This document shows, one piece after another, positions 25,284-39,466 of a stretch of 64,000 bases of DNA. The notes beneath the pieces are model-generated. The model saw only the letters and a program-made list of their open reading frames with translations. It was not told where the DNA came from and did not search any database. Numbering within the stretch: position 1 is the stretch's first letter; each line of letters starts with the position of its first letter. Source of the stretch: the human T2T-CHM13v2.0 reference genome, Homo sapiens; NCBI RefSeq assembly GCF_009914755.1, contig NC_060931.1. One strand, written 5' to 3'. A program made the translations under genes and the position numbers.

Positions 25284-26744
25284 GAATTACAACAATCTTC
25301 TTTTCTTATCAGAAGCCATGAAGGCCAGAAGACAATGGAGTTGATCCTGGACCAACAAGAATACACTAAGAAGACAACCAGTAGGGTCTGTGTAAGATCT
25401 GTAGATAATTTAAGAATACTGTACAAACAATAATGTCTTGGTTTCAAAAGTTGTACTGCAGTTCTGAGGAATGTTAACAACCAAAAAAGGTGGATAAGGG
25501 TAAACAGGAACTCCCTGGGCTATTTACAATTTTATGTAAGTTTGAAATTACTGTAAAATAAAAATTTGAAAATAAAAAATTAAAACTCTTAAATGTAAAG
25601 AAAGAATGGGCTGCTGACATGATAATCTGAGTGAAACTCAGAACATGATTTTTAGTGAAAGAAGCCAGAACCACACAGATACACATTTTATAATTTTATG
25701 TAAATAAAGTTCAAGAGTAGTAGCTAAAGCTAATTTATATTGATAGAAATCAGAAAAATGTTTACATTTGTGGTTGTGGCTTTTCACCAGATACAAATAC
25801 CTTTCCCTGTGGCTCTCTGCTGCAATGTTTTCCTTCTCCTATACCAAAAGAATAGAACATTTTCTCTTAAGAAGAGAAAAAACAGAGACTATTAAAATGA
25901 GGCCACCAGCATAGTTGAAGGCATAGATATTATGCTTAAAGTAGAGAAATTAGGGAACTCTAAATAAGCTGTATATTGAGTCTCCTTCTACTCCACAGCC
26001 TTCTTTCTCCACTGAGCCTCTGGAACAACATACACACAATCTTTACTCTGCAGTCAAGAGATTGAAAGTGTACTTTCTGAGGAACATTAGCAGCTCAATA
26101 GGAAAGAGTTAAAGACATAGACACTGGAGATTTCCTAATAATTCTCCTACCCAGATCTGCCTGCACTGAGCCTTAACTTTAACTGGCACCTTCAAACCAC
26201 CTACATACCCATAAAAAGAGAGAGAGAGAAAAAAAAAAGCTTTCAAACATCGGCAGTTTAGTCTTTCAGCTTTGATCATAGACATAAAACCAAGTCTTAC
26301 CAAACATCTAAGGGAAGCTTGTAACAAAAAAATACCATGACCAAACCATATGACTGGGGCGGGTGCGGGGGGTGCTTGTATGAGTATCCATAATTATCAT
26401 TATTAGTAAATAATGCTTCCATAAAACAGAAACAATGCTATGAGAAAACTATGCAGAAGATAGAGGAGGTCATGAATAAATGTGATAAATGAAATTTAAA
26501 ACTCAGTAGAAGTTTTGAAATGTAATGTTTAGGAAATCTCTCAGAAAATAGAACCAAATAACTAAGATATGAATAATAGCATCAAACAGATAAGAAGATA
26601 GGAGGAATAGTCCTTCAGGTCCATTCTCTTGATAACAGAATTTCCAGCATTAAATAATAGAGAAAATCAAGGGACAAAAATCATCAGTGAAAAAATTCAC
26701 TGAGAACTATATGACATTAGTTTTCACATTAAAAGTCCCTGTCA

Positions 26745-27155
<411 letters not shown>

Positions 27156-27319
27156 CTACGACCCATGGAGGTAGGGACACTGTTTTCTCATCTGCTGAAA
27201 GCTCAATGGGAAAAGAAGTAGGAAAATGGTTTCATGAATATCAAAGAAATTGTCTTCAAAGCTAAGAAAGGAGGTTCTCAGTGTCAAATAGTACTGAAGA
27301 ATAAGTAAGATAAATTAAC

Positions 27320-28150
27320 CAGGTGAGGAGTGTTCCAGACACAGGGAGGCAATAGAATGTATGAGTGTTCCAAACAAAAAACAGTCTATCATTTTCAAGA
27401 AATCTAAAAAGCTTCCTGGAGAATTGAACCTAGTGAGAAAAAGGATGAGCTACAAGATCATGGCAAGCCTTGTGGCCCAGGTTAAGGGAGACTGTGTGTT
27501 CCCATTAAAGGTTTTTGAGCAGGATAAACAATTGATAAAATCTTCCTTTTGAGATCACTTGGGTTGTTTTAGGGAAAGTGAATTGGAAGGTTCACAAATA
27601 CATGTTTAAAAGACTATTTCAATAGTTATGGGTAAAAATGGTGGCAGCGTGAACTACAGTGATAGCCACATAAATAAATAGATTTGGTTTTAAAATATTC
27701 TGTAAGTAGTATAGTAGTGACATTATTTGGTGATAGATTTAATTTTAAAAGTGAAGAAGAAAAATAAAACAGAGTGACCCCGTTTTTTTTTTCTTCCAAA
27801 ATCAACACAGTTGATTATTTTGCCCTTTTTTAAGACATTGGAGACAAGAAGATAATTTGGGAGTTATTTTGTTTTGTTTTTGTTTTGCAAGGTGATTATT
27901 TTCATTTTTGTGTATATTAGCTCTGAAGTATTTATGTGCAATGCTTTTAAATAATCTTTCAATATATGGTTTTAAAAGTTTGAGGATAGTGATAAAATAT
28001 AGATGTTTGGGAGTCACAATACACAAAACAACAAATGAAATTCCAAGGGAAAGAAAATATAGTGGGAAGAATGCAGTCCCTAGGATGTTACTCTGAGGAA
28101 TTCCAACATTTAGAAGTCAGAAATTCCAAAATTTGTGAAGAAAAACTGTA
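27320..28150 (-). mobile_element. L2 fragments
   Basis: gtgttccagacacagggagg, gtttttgagcagga, atagatgtttgggagtca. Confidence 0.55.
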
Positions 28151-28590
28151 AACACAGCCAATAGCTAGCTTCAAAATCATGTCATTAAATAACCATTGTT
28201 AATGTGGGACAAGAAGAATCTTACAGGGATACAGCAGTTGTCTTTAAATAGTAATGTCTAATGTCAAGAGAAGATAAATTATACATACCTAGGATTAAAA
28301 GCAGGATCAATGAGTCAGTGTAACAAAATCTTATTTGCATTCCATATGAAAACAAGCTAACAATTTTTCAGAGAACTGATATTATGATTTGGGAAATCTT
28401 AAGTTCCCTATCATTGATTCTACTCTACTATTTGACTACATAGTAGAAAAGATGGTCTTGTGATTCAAGTCTGAGTGTTAAAACAGATTAATTTCAAGAT
28501 AACTTCCATATCTAGGAGTCATATTCTATGAAACATGATTCTTGCAAGAAAGAAGCATCTTCAGTTATTTCCTTATATTGAATGAATTAG

Positions 28591-29405
28591 GTATGCACCT
28601 GTTAATTAGGACGTCACACTAAATTAATGATACTGGTTTATTTTCAAAAACTAATATTTATTTAAATATAATATTTAAAATATACTTTGCAAGAAATATT
28701 TGCTCATTTGTAATCCAAATAATGCTCAGAGCAAAAAGAAAATGTAAAACTCAGTGACACAATAGAAAGTCCATTAGTTTGAAAACTGCATTTGTTTTTT
28801 ATCCACAGTTGCTTGATGGATATATGTTTTGGTCTGCAATTCAATGGTTTCTTTATATTTGGACTATTAACAGAGATAAACAAAAAGTATTCATGGAGAA
28901 TAAAGCAATATTAAGTGATATTGTGTCTCTATTAATTTGATAAATTTATATGCTCAAGTTAGTTATAGCATTAAACTACATATAATACCCTGAATTTTTG
29001 TTACATCCCTCTCAGGATCCACTCTTCAAGTGATTCAAAATTAACATAAATTTATAAATATATCCTGTAAAACAAACAAAGACAGTAGATGAAATTGATC
29101 ATTTGAAAAAAATATGAAATAAACCCTCCCAAGTACAAATATGTATCTACACTTTGTCATATTATTTTCTAGACTTAGTACTCAATTTCAGAATTAACTC
29201 AAAATACGTAAAATGCATCTTTTCATAACCACCAAATCTAATAAAGCCTTACTTTTTTGAGAATTGATTATCATCCTCAATTTGCCCAGGATTGTATTGG
29301 CACGAGCAACTCCCATCCATTATCACTGATGAAATCACCAAGTGATAATGTAATTCAGATGTTTTTCAGAAACAGATAATAGATTTAAAGGTTTGATTTT
29401 TGTCT
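28591..29405 (+). pseudogene. Three candidate exon relics resembling a PLAT/LH2 domain (about 28591-28709, 28809-28886, 29280-29405)
   Basis: LLIRTSH*INDTGLFSKTNIYLNI resembles VxTG...ANVYL. Strong acceptor tttgttttttatccacag precedes LLDGYMFWSAIQWFL / FGLLTEI. CPGLYW...IITDEITK**CNS lies upstream of donor tct|gtaagt. Confidence 0.4.
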
Positions 29406-29862
29406 GTAAGTGTAGGTATACATGTAACCAAAATTTGCCAAACAATTGTCTTTTAAATATAAAATTGATGAATGATACTTAGTGGGAATTATTTTTTTAA
29501 CTCTTGCTTGGTTTTATACAGCAAATAAATTTTAGAAAATATGTCTTTCCTAAACCTCTTTTTCTGGCAGTTGTCTTCCTTAGTGGTGGTTCTCAAAGAA
29601 CAGTCCTTTTGTACAATATATCCTTGGTCTTATTTGGCCAGTACACAAATGGACAAATATTTAAGTTGGCTAAGTCACAGTCCTTCCACCAGGTCTCATA
29701 AGAGAGAATGGCAAAGCCAAGTCCCCAGAAAGATTCTTCACATCTTCAGATCATTGGTTTTAGAAGCTCCTGAGGGACATGCCATCACTGACATTTTTGA
29801 AAATGTCTTAATGCATCTCAATAAGATTTCAGTAATTTATCCCTTTATTTTGGGTTTCCAAC

Positions 29863-30392
29863 TGAATCAGTTAACTTTTTCTGCTTGACAAACACTGCAA
29901 ACACTTATTGGCTTAAAACAACAATTTTCCATTGCTTAGAATTTCATGAGTCAACTGACCAGGTCTGCTGATCTGAAGTTACTTTGACTCCACTGATATT
30001 GGCTAGGCACCCTCATGTATTTCTAGTCATTTGCCAGGCTGTGTAAAATGGCTAGACTAGGACAGCTCTAGGAGTATGGCTTGTCTCTGTTTTGCATGGT
30101 CTCCCAACCTAAGAAAGCCGGTTTAGGATTATTTACACTGCCCCGGGGTAGGGTTCAAGGAGAAGGAAGGGGGAAAAAAACAAAAGAACCCAAGACCTCC
30201 TGAAATCTAGGTGTGAAACTTGCACACTGTTACTCTGCCACCATTCTCTTGGCAAAGGAAGTCAAAAGGTCATCCCAGATCCAAGGAGTGCAGAAATAAA
30301 CTCTTTTTAATTAAAAGAGCTACGAAACTACAGTGCAAAGGGGCATGGTTTGGGAGTGGTGGTGAAGTGTAGCCATTTTTGTAATCCACCAC
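29863..30392 (-). mobile_element. MLT1 (G/H-like) solo LTR
   Basis: ggcttaaaacaacaa...cattctcttggcaaaggaagtcaaaagg...gccatttttgtaatccacca. Confidence 0.7.
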
Positions 30393-30699
30393 TCAATCAA
30401 TTACAGTCTAACTTATATTGACTAACATAAGAGAATATATTCCTAAAAAGGAAGATTCTCTCAGCTGACTCAGGCTCACTTCAGTGAGAGTTTACCAACA
30501 GTGGGGGTTTAGTAAATCCTCATTTAATTAAATTATTAGATGACGATAGAAACCCTTTTGGTATCACTGTTTTATCTGATAATCACAATAAAAATTTTGT
30601 TGCAAAAATAAATCTACTGAAAATGACTAATATGAATCGTTAATTAGGATTAATAGCATTATTGGTTAATTGAGCTTTACCAAATTGTGTTAGACTATT

Positions 30700-30801
30700 A
30701 AAAAGGCAATTCTTGCCCCTTATATAGATGTGAGGAACATAATTATCACCAAAAAGGCAATTCTTGCCCCTTATATAGATGTGAGGAACATAATTATCAC
30801 C
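30700..30801. repeat. Perfect 51-bp tandem duplication
   Basis: aaaaaggcaattcttgccccttatatagatgtgaggaacataattatcacc occurs twice with no mismatches. Confidence 0.98.
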
Positions 30802-31399
30802 AATATTAAAAGAGCAACATGAAGCTTTTGTTTAATAAAGTGCTTAACCCTAAAATACACAGAGAAAGCAAGAACAGTTAAACTTTAGGGTATTAAATAC
30901 ATGAAGAAGAGATGGAATGAGTAGATAGGGGAATTACAGAACTATTTCTTCATTAGTCAATTGGAGAAGGTAACAGTGAAGACATCTTCCCCATAATGAT
31001 GTCCCATCACCATAAAGGGAAGATAAAGTAGGTAATATAATACATTTGAGTTGTGTTTTTATCTACTGTAGTACTAATTTTCATTTTGATTTGGATGAGA
31101 GAGATGGGAGTCTGACTTAGTTGAATTTTAAAATATATGTAAAATTATTTTATAGAACCTTTATTCCATCTGTAAAAATGTATAGTTCTTCAAAATAAAA
31201 TATGACTTCATAATCCTACTATTATAATTAAGAAATGTTAATAAGCTCTTATAAAGAACAATGCTGTGTACCCTAGTCGTGAAGTCTTCTGAAATGCATT
31301 CTCTGGATTGAAGAATAAATCTAACCCAAACTTAAATATTTTTAAGTATTAATACGCCCCTGCAAAAGCCACCGCCTACCTCTGACCCCATTTATGTGA

Positions 31400-33140
31400 A
31401 GGTTCTTATGAGGGTTTTCCCTACCATCTGCTGTGATTTATCTCCTCTAATGTTCTCTTGAACTCATTCTGCTTAAACTTTTACTCTCATCACTAAATTG
31501 AAACGATTGTTGTCAGGGCTGCTAAATCCAAGGCTCAGTGTTCAGCCCTCATCTTAATTGGTCTCTCAGTGCCACGTGATAGAGTTGATTAATTCCTCCC
31601 TCTTGAACTTCTTCCTAATTTTGGTGACTAGGTGAATACATTTTTGTTGGTGTTCATCAAATCTCACTGACTCTGACTTCTCATGCTTTTTTTTTTTTTT
31701 TTCTCAGACCACCTTCTCTTTCCAAACTCTTCCATTCAGCCTTCAAATCTAGTATGGTCTCCATTTAAACTCCCTATTCAAATATATCCAGACATGTCTT
31801 TAACACCATCTACATGCTGAGAATTCCCAGTTTTATATTTCACTGTATTCTGCCCTGCAGCTGTCTTTTATAAATTTTTCCCACATGATATGTCTACATA
31901 AATGTCCTATAGCCCTCTCAAAACTAACGTGGCTAAAATTAAATGTTTGACTTATAAACAAATTCGTGGAAGTCTTGAAGAGAAATGAGTCACCTTGGAT
32001 TAAGTTACTAGAAGTGAAACATGAGGTTTGTCAGATTTGAGATATATTTTGAAGGCAGAGCCAACAGAATTTGCTAAAGTTTAGTTGTCGTGGGAGAGAG
32101 TAAAATGAGTAGAAATGCTTTATATTTTGTCTGAACAAACAGTGAATGGGAGTGTCGTTCATGTCATAGTTTAGGGGTGGTGATTGTGTGTTGTCAGCCC
32201 TAGACATATCAGAAAATATAATTTAATGCATATGCATACCACTGTGTATATTGGACTTAAATTTAACAGTAATCTATGCATTCAATTGTACGAGAAATAT
32301 TCACTGAAGGCTTACCCTGAGCCATGCCATAGTGAAATTGTTGGAGATAGCACAATAAAAAAAAAAGAAATATTAAACAAAACTTGCTGTTATGGTACTT
32401 AGCTTTTAATGAAGGTAGGAAAAACAAAGCAAAGAAACAAAAACAAGAAATTGAGATGTACATAGACTTAAGAGCTCAATGACAAGTGCGAAATGAGGGT
32501 GTACCGTGTCATGGTGGGAAGGACAAGGATTACTTTAGTCAAGGTGGTCAGGGAAGGCCTCTCTCCAGAGATGACAGGGCAAAAATTTCGGGGTAGCATG
32601 TTCCAGGAAGGAGCAGCAGCAAGTGATGAGGCCTAAAAGATGGGGGGAAAGGTAAATTGTCTCAGGAATAATAATAAAAAAATGTTGGTACGACTGGAAG
32701 ATGGTGTCAGTGAGTGGATGCCTCCTCTGGCATCAGATATCTACACAGGGGGCAGTCATGTTGAGCCCTGGGGAGCAAGGAGAGGGAACTTTATTCTCAG
32801 CGAAATGGGAAGTCACTAAAGGGTTTTAGGTAGAGGATTGACTGATTGTACATTGATTTTACCAGGAATAATGTGATACTCTCTGAATTTAAGGGGGCCA
32901 AGAATGGCAGTAGGAAGAAAATTTGGAAGCACTGTGGCACTTGTGGAGGTATCTGTGGCTTGCTTCAGTGTGCCCTGGCAGAATGTATATGTTCACAAAT
33001 ATGAATATGTGGAATTATAAGAGTTATCAAACATTTATCTAGCTTTCCATTTTTTGAGAAAGGTTTAAACTTTGTTCCAATTTGTTTATTTGCTCAATAA
33101 AGATTTGTTGAACATCTACTTGGTGCCAGCGCTATAGTCA
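31400..33140. mobile_element. Cluster of L2 fragments in both orientations
   Basis: + strand gctaaatccaaggctcagtgttcagccctcatctt; - strand gatatattttgaaggcagagcc, gtcagggaaggcctctct, tttgttgaacatctac. Confidence 0.65.
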
Positions 33141-33160
33141 CTGTTAATCAATTTACAAAG

Positions 33161-33263
33161 TTCAGCAATACTATAACTGGCAAAGTTTTGACTATAAAGC
33201 AACCATTTGTTTTTCACTGATTATAAGAAATCGGCATAATGTAATCCTTTCCTCTTTTTACTG
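33161..33263 (+). pseudogene. Candidate exon relic preceding TM2 of a polycystin-1-like pseudogene
   Basis: Open frame QQYYNWQSFDYKATICFSLIIRNRHNVILSSFY; an alternative frame gives FH*L*EI, resembling FxRLQR. Strong donor ctg|gtaaga, ending in phase 2. Confidence 0.5.
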
Positions 33264-34010
33264 GTAAGAGCTAGCAACAATTTTCTTAGCAAGAGCTAAG
33301 TTACTTTATCTCATTATTTTACCAATATATATAATTGTGCCTTCTTAAATCAATGGCAAACATTTTATTTCCATAACAGTTTTATTAGCAGTTTGTGCTA
33401 TTTTGTTGGAGATATAAGACATGTAGGCTATTATGCAAGCTCTAGATGCCAGTGAAGGCTAGTATGAATTCTTCTTAACAGTGGGCTTTACAGTCAAGAT
33501 ATAAAGACATAGCAATATTTGTCTCTCCCATCAACCATTATTTATTTCAAAGCTGTGCAAAGAATGTTTTAGAACAAAAGGATAGACAAAGAAGAAAAAT
33601 TTCAAGAATCGAAATAACTGCTTTTTACTTGCTAGGATTTGATAAATTGCTTGAAGTCTCTATTGCACTGCAGTTTTGATTTGCAGTCTGACTAATAAAA
33701 AATAGGCAATTTTACCGAAATGTAAACTCCGTAACTTTTACATTTACTCTTAATGGAAATGAAAATAGTATCATTTATCGTTGATACAGTTTTGCATTAT
33801 ATTAAGGCTTTTGGCTCATTTATTTTCCGGATACTATTATGTTCAGTGATGAAGTCATCACTTACCATTACCTTTTTTTTTTTTTTTTTTTTAACTTCCA
33901 CTAACTTAGTTCAAACTCTCATCTTGTCTCAAGTAGGTATTGCCATATCCTAACCTAGGGTCTTGAAGCCTCATGTTCCATAGCACTTCCAGAACAAATG
34001 TTACTGAGTG

Positions 34011-34540
34011 TGACAGTAGGCAAAATAATTGTCCCCCAAAAGATATCCACCTCTTAATCCCTGGAACCTGTGAATATGTGTTTTGTGGCAAAGAGGAATT
34101 AAGTTTGCAAATGCAATTGAGTTTGCTAATCACCTGACCTTGAGATGGGGGAGATATCTCAGATTATTCAGCTGGTTCCAATGTAATCACAAGGGCCCTT
34201 GGAAGTGCAAGGAATAAGGAATAGTGTCAGAGTGGTGTGCTATGTAAAAGACTCTTTCAGCCATTTTTTACTTTGAATAATAAAAAGCACATGAGTCAAG
34301 AAATGTAGTCAGCCTGTAGAAGCTGAAAAAGGTAAATAAAAAAATAAATAAATAAAAATAGAAGAAGATTCTCCCTTAAAGCTTTCAGAAGGAATGCAGC
34401 CCTGGCAACACCTTGCTTTTAGCCATTTCAGACCCATTTCAGAATTCGGATCTCCAGGACAATACAATAAATAAATGTATGGTGTTTTAAACCACCAGAT
34501 TTGTGGTAATTTGATACAACAGCAATAGGAAACTAATAGA
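34011..34540 (+). mobile_element. MLT1D-like solo LTR
   Basis: taggcaaaataattgtcccccaaaagatatccacctcttaatccctggaacctgtgaatatg...gcaataggaaactaata. Confidence 0.88.
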
Positions 34541-34614
34541 AATGCAAATCTAGGTGTCATACCCCGATTTAAATTTTTTTAATGGCTCCTCATTTCACAT
34601 ATGATTAAGGAAAT

Positions 34615-34810
34615 AGAGTGCTATTAGACACATAACAATTGGATCTCTGGGCTAAAAAGCCCTGGTTTGTAGTGTTTGCCAATTCTTGTAGTATAATTAC
34701 TCCAGTTATGTTGAATTTCAAGCTACCAACATTACCTAATTAAAGGCCAATTTGGAAAGACATGCACAGAGTTGAATTTCACAAGCTGGTACAAGCAAAC
34801 TGCTAGACAA
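34615..34810 (-). mobile_element. MER63-like hAT DNA transposon relic
   Basis: aaaaagccctggtttgtagtgtttgccaatt...atttcaagctaccaac. Confidence 0.65.
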
Positions 34811-34869
34811 ATTCCATTCCTAGTGATGTGGCTTTTAAGACCGTCTTTATTCTAACTCTAAGTTGGCAA

Positions 34870-35285
34870 CTGCAGTTCACACATCTTTCCCTGGTCTCTC
34901 TCATGTTCTTTGAATACACTGGCTTTTTCCCTGGGATACCTTTTTTTGTCTGTCCTTTGGAATTTCGCTAATTATTTATAAATCAGCATAAGTGATGCCT
35001 CCTTTGTGAAGCCTTCTCTAACCATTTTATCCCCTACTCTCATTCAGAATTCAAAACAGCATAGAGATGCTAGATGCCTTTTTTTCTGCTGCCTATAAAG
35101 TGCCTTGTTGATTCTTTTACTGTAAAATTAATTCCAAACTGTAGTGATTTATTTTAGTCTCCTTCCCCTGGTGTATTGCAACTCTCTAGCAGGAATGTCT
35201 GTTTTGATTTTGTTTAACTTAAAATGTATAATACCTATCATAACTATAGGCCCAGAATAGATACCTAAAAGTGTTTGTTGTATAA
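34870..35285 (+). mobile_element. L2 3' fragment
   Basis: gcctcctttgtgaagccttctct; degenerate 3' end tttgttg. Confidence 0.5.
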
Positions 35286-35900
35286 AAAGTAGTCATGTGT
35301 GTTAAGCTCACACTGTCAGTATACAAGAGAGATTAAAAAAAAAAGTAGCTCCACTTGAGAGAGAAACGCTTACCATAGAGAAGCCAGATTTCAGTTTAAT
35401 AAAGAATATGAAAGGATTAAAACAGATTGCATTTGAAGGGAGTAGTTCTGGTAAATGAACAAAGGTTAAGCCACAAAGGTTTCTCAATTATCTCTTTGGT
35501 GCCCAACACTATGGCAATGTAGATGTAGCAGATACTGCCCTCATGTAGTCTATGATATTGAATATAAACTAGCTTAGTGAAAAATTTAGTTTTATGTTGT
35601 TTGCAAGGGCAACATCTAAAAAATAGATAAAACATACAAATTAAAATAGGGAATTTTTTTAGAATTGGCAAATAAAAATGAAAGCCAGTATAGCAATGCT
35701 GATATCATAATATGAAACTTAAAGTGAAGATTAGAAATAAAAGAATCACAACAAAAACACTCGATAACAAAAATGACCTTTTAAATAGTTCAACTAACAA
35801 AATGAAATATACAGAGCAAAAGCTGCTGATTTTATTAGAATTTATTAGTAGCTTTACTCATTGGGAAACATGAGTGCATCTCTAACAATCTTACAAATTA

Positions 35901-35983
35901 AGAAGGAAAGGAAAAATGAAGAAAGAGAAGAAAGGAAGAAAGAAAAGAAGAAGGAAAGGAAAGGAAGAAGGAAAGAAAGGAAA
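35901..35983. repeat. Purine-rich (GGAA/GAAA)n low-complexity tract
   Basis: Directly visible. Confidence 0.85.
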
Positions 35984-36488
35984 AACAGATAGAATAAAGT
36001 AGGTCAGTTCCTGTAAAATGTGAGATAGGTACATGGGCAGATCTTCTACTGAAAACAACCCAAAATCCTAAGCAAAACATCTTTAAAATTTCATTTTTAG
36101 GAAAACATTTATAATCTAGTAACAAAGTAAGGCCTTATACTTAATGGTATCATTTGTTGAACATACAATATGTTGGATTATTGTTCATTTATTTAATCAT
36201 TTGTTGTACACAATTGTTTTTATTATTAATCAGAGTACACCTAAGGGTCCACAGACATCACTATTATCCAGTTAGAACCTAGAACTTCATGATAAATAAC
36301 AGAAAATAATTACATATTGTGGAACTCATTAGTCCATGGGATCTTTTTAACTACCTCCACTATCTTTTCATTTAAGAGCCCAGATTTTCCAATGTTGAGA
36401 TCAATTATTATTTTGATAACACTTCGAACTGGATAATCCATATTGATTAACGGAAGGGAGAAATCTTACTGACCAAGACCTCTTTTAG

Positions 36489-36621
36489 CAGCCTACTTCT
36501 AAATGGCACACTCATTAGAATTGAAAGAAGAATCAATAGAGCAAAGGAAATTTACAGATAGTGGCCATGAAATCTCCTACTATTCATTATTTTCTTGATT
36601 GTCTTTTCTGGAATGCTTGTG
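36489..36621 (+). pseudogene. Candidate exon relic (TM segments) with two in-frame stops
   Basis: NAGNAG acceptor tcttttag|cag, donor gtg|gtaagg. Translation SLLLNGTLIRIERRINRAKEIYR*WP*NLLLFIIFLIVFSGMLV; phase 2 to 0, compatible with both neighbours. Confidence 0.55.
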
Positions 36622-36734
36622 GTAAGGATCTTGGTCTCTGTTATTTCGAGAGAGAGAATTTTTAAAAATAATTTTCTATTTTAAGGTTCATCCCTTTATC
36701 CATCGTTATTAACTTAACAAGCATTAACATGTAC

Positions 36735-36970
36735 TTACTACTTACTAGGAACATTTGTAAGAGCTCTACAGACAGTAATTCATTTAATCCTCTTAATGCC
36801 TCACAATAATAGCATCCTAAATTGATACATGAGAAGCTGAGGCACAGATAGATAGGGTAACTCTCTTATAAAACACAGCTAATCTGGATCACACAGCTAA
36901 TAAGTGACAGAGATAAAATTTGAATCCAGATATCCTATCTCCACAGTCTGTATTTACTATGCTATGCTGA
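36735..36970 (-). mobile_element. MIR
   Basis: catttaatcctc, gagaagctgaggcacaga, tttgaatccaga. Confidence 0.8.
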
Positions 36971-38534
36971 TTTATCAGTTCATTTTATAAGGATAACAGT
37001 TAATTATGTTATTTTTAAATGTTTATATTGATTAACATATTTTAGCTGGGAAGTTTCTGGTCGGGGCACTTTTTGTTGCAAGAACCAAAAATCCACATTT
37101 GCCAGATAAGACAAGAAAAGAAATGCGCCCCAAATATCTAACCAAATTTACCTGATACCAGAGCACAGTTTTCACGCAAGTCCTGCAAGTGACTGATTCC
37201 CACTCTTTCACTTTCTCTGTAGGTTATTATTGTTTTTTCATATTTGCTTTTCTTGGTTTCTGCTTCATTTAATTCTTTCTGTACAAGCTCCCTCAGTGTG
37301 ATGTTATTTGTGATTTCCCAATTAGCCTGACTTCCAGATCTTTTTGGCAGAATTATCCAGGTTTCACATTTATGTTAGATATTTCATAACTCTGTGCACC
37401 ACAATATAAAGAGACAGCTACATTTTTTGTGTGTGTTGGGTTATCTGTGATTAGGATGCCACTCTGACCACCATTTCCGTCCACGCCTGGACACTCTTCC
37501 CTGTTTAGTTCTGAGTTAGATATTTCCATTGACGGGAATTTCCTGGAGATTTGGAAGGTGGAAGTAAAACGTAATTCCTGTAAGGCCATGGGTGTTAGAC
37601 CCAGAAGCTTCATTAGTGGTTTAACTTTGATGTTTATTCCACAAATTCCCTTAATGTAAAGTCAGCAGCTTCTCAGACTATCTCCTAGCTTCCAGTCTGC
37701 CTTGTGGAGAGCATTTCAGATTTTCCCATGAACTCCTTTTGTCTCACATGCACTCCTGGTCCATGCAAAACAGAGACAAGCCATACTCCTAAAGCTGTCC
37801 TAGTCTGGTCCAAGATCTACACGTATGTAGATCTACATGAGTGTAGACTTTGGGAAGCAACTACCCAGATCTGCAGGAGTATCTTTCCTAATTTTCTTTT
37901 CTCCAGTTCTTCTAACAGTTGCCAAAAGTCATGGTTTCATTTAAGCCCTTTTTAACATGAAAATATATATTTGTTTCCTGAATAGACCTTTAGTGATATA
38001 TCCTTGTAATGTATTATGCCAGTTTCATTTTCACATGCAATATTTATTTAAAATAATGGAACAATAGAGCCAATGATGTAATTTAAAATATACTGGTTAT
38101 CCTTAGGAGAATGTCATGTACCTAAGGTGTTTTTTTTTTTTCTGCTTTATCTCTAACAATATTTTAATGGCTTAAAATACCTACATTACCATGTATGGAT
38201 ATAATAGTACTTCTGCTTGAATGCATTTTTAGATAACTCAATTATGGAAAATAGAGACTACTAATCCTTAAGAGAACACTAATGCCAGTGTCCCCTGAAA
38301 TTAATGCACATAGAGTAGACCCGTGTTATTAAGAAGGAATTTAAATTTTTTCCGACTGGATTTAAAATCTCCCTTCATGGCCAGAAACAGAAAAGAAGAG
38401 AAAGGCATGAAAATATAGAATGCTACTTGTTAAGGGAAATACAATACATTAAAAATTTCTGAGCCTGCATACCTAAGTAAAACTGTATTAAAAGATCAAT
38501 ATAGTTGGCTATGCTTGTCTTTTCGGTCCTACAG

Positions 38535-38575
38535 GTTTTTTTCTGCAATAACACTTTCAACTCTTAATGAAAAAG
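38535..38575 (+). pseudogene. Candidate 41-nt exon relic
   Basis: Acceptor ttgtcttttcggtcctacag, donor aag|gtatct. Its length bridges phase 0 to 2 between the flanking candidates (VFFCNNTFNS**K; alternative frame FFSAITLSTLNEK). Confidence 0.5.
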
Positions 38576-39014
38576 GTATCTATATAAAATAAAAAGATAA
38601 TCAAACCAGAAAGTAAATCTAAGTCAAGCTTACTTCATAGAGATTTTAATGATATGACCAGAAGATGAATGAGAAGACAGACAAAAGTTAAATGGCCCCA
38701 GTATGTTGGGTGCTAATAATTACTCCCTTCTTCATCACTTTTATAAGAAATTGCATACAGAGGAAATAAATATGAGGAAGAGATAATGCCACTCGAACCA
38801 GTTTCAAAAATACTAGGCTTCAAAATTAAAGCAATTGTCTTAATGCAATCACTATTTTAAATATTTAAGAAGACAATTTTTCTAACTTTATGAATTTGTT
38901 AAATTCTAAAACTAAATTCAGGATTTCAAAATGAGAATGTTTTATTTTCATACTATATCTATAAAATTACTAAGTAAATGTTCAATAATATTCTCATTTT
39001 ATCTTCATAATGTA

Positions 39015-39037
39015 TTGCTTGAACCCCGGAAGTGGTT

Positions 39038-39080
<43 letters not shown>

Positions 39081-39410
39081 AGAGACAGAGAGAGAGATAA
39101 ATTTTAAGCAATTATTTTAAGCAATTAACTTGCATGATTCTGGAGGCTGATGAATCGAAGATTTGTAGGACAGGCCAGTACTGGAAGCTCAGGAAGGGTT
39201 TCTATTACAACCTTGAAGCTGGATACCTCCTTTTCTGGCAAACCTTAATTTTTGCTCTCACAATCTTCAACTGATTGGATAAGGCTCACCTATGTTATGA
39301 AGAATAATCCTCATTATAAAGAGTAAAGTCAACTGATTGGAAATGGTAATCATATCTACAAAATACTTTTACAGCAACATCCAGACTAGTGTTTTACCAA
39401 GAACTGGGCA
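39015..39410 (-). mobile_element. MLT2 (ERVL) LTR with (GA)n
   Basis: tcttcaactgattggataaggctcacc, catatctacaaaatactttt, acagcaacatccagactagtg. Confidence 0.8.
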
Positions 39411-39466
39411 TAAAATAGTGTTTAAAGATATATGTATAAAAGACATTTTTAAGAGTGCTAGTTCAG

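Larger units (their letters stand above)
22620..25800 (+). mobile_element. Old L1M 5'/ORF1 region plus 3' fragment, interrupted by MST and Alu
   Basis: A-rich ORF1-like motifs (gaaatatttgaagagatagtggccagaattttccaaaa, acaggctcatcagtagact). Confidence 0.65.

Noticed and set aside
30700-30801. CRISPR-like repeat
   Set aside because: Two adjacent units with no spacer, in a eukaryotic context with no cas genes.
37813-37838. Overlapping short palindromes (agatctac..gtagatct; atgtagatctacat)
   Set aside because: Short enough to occur by chance or slippage, probably within an old LTR fragment.
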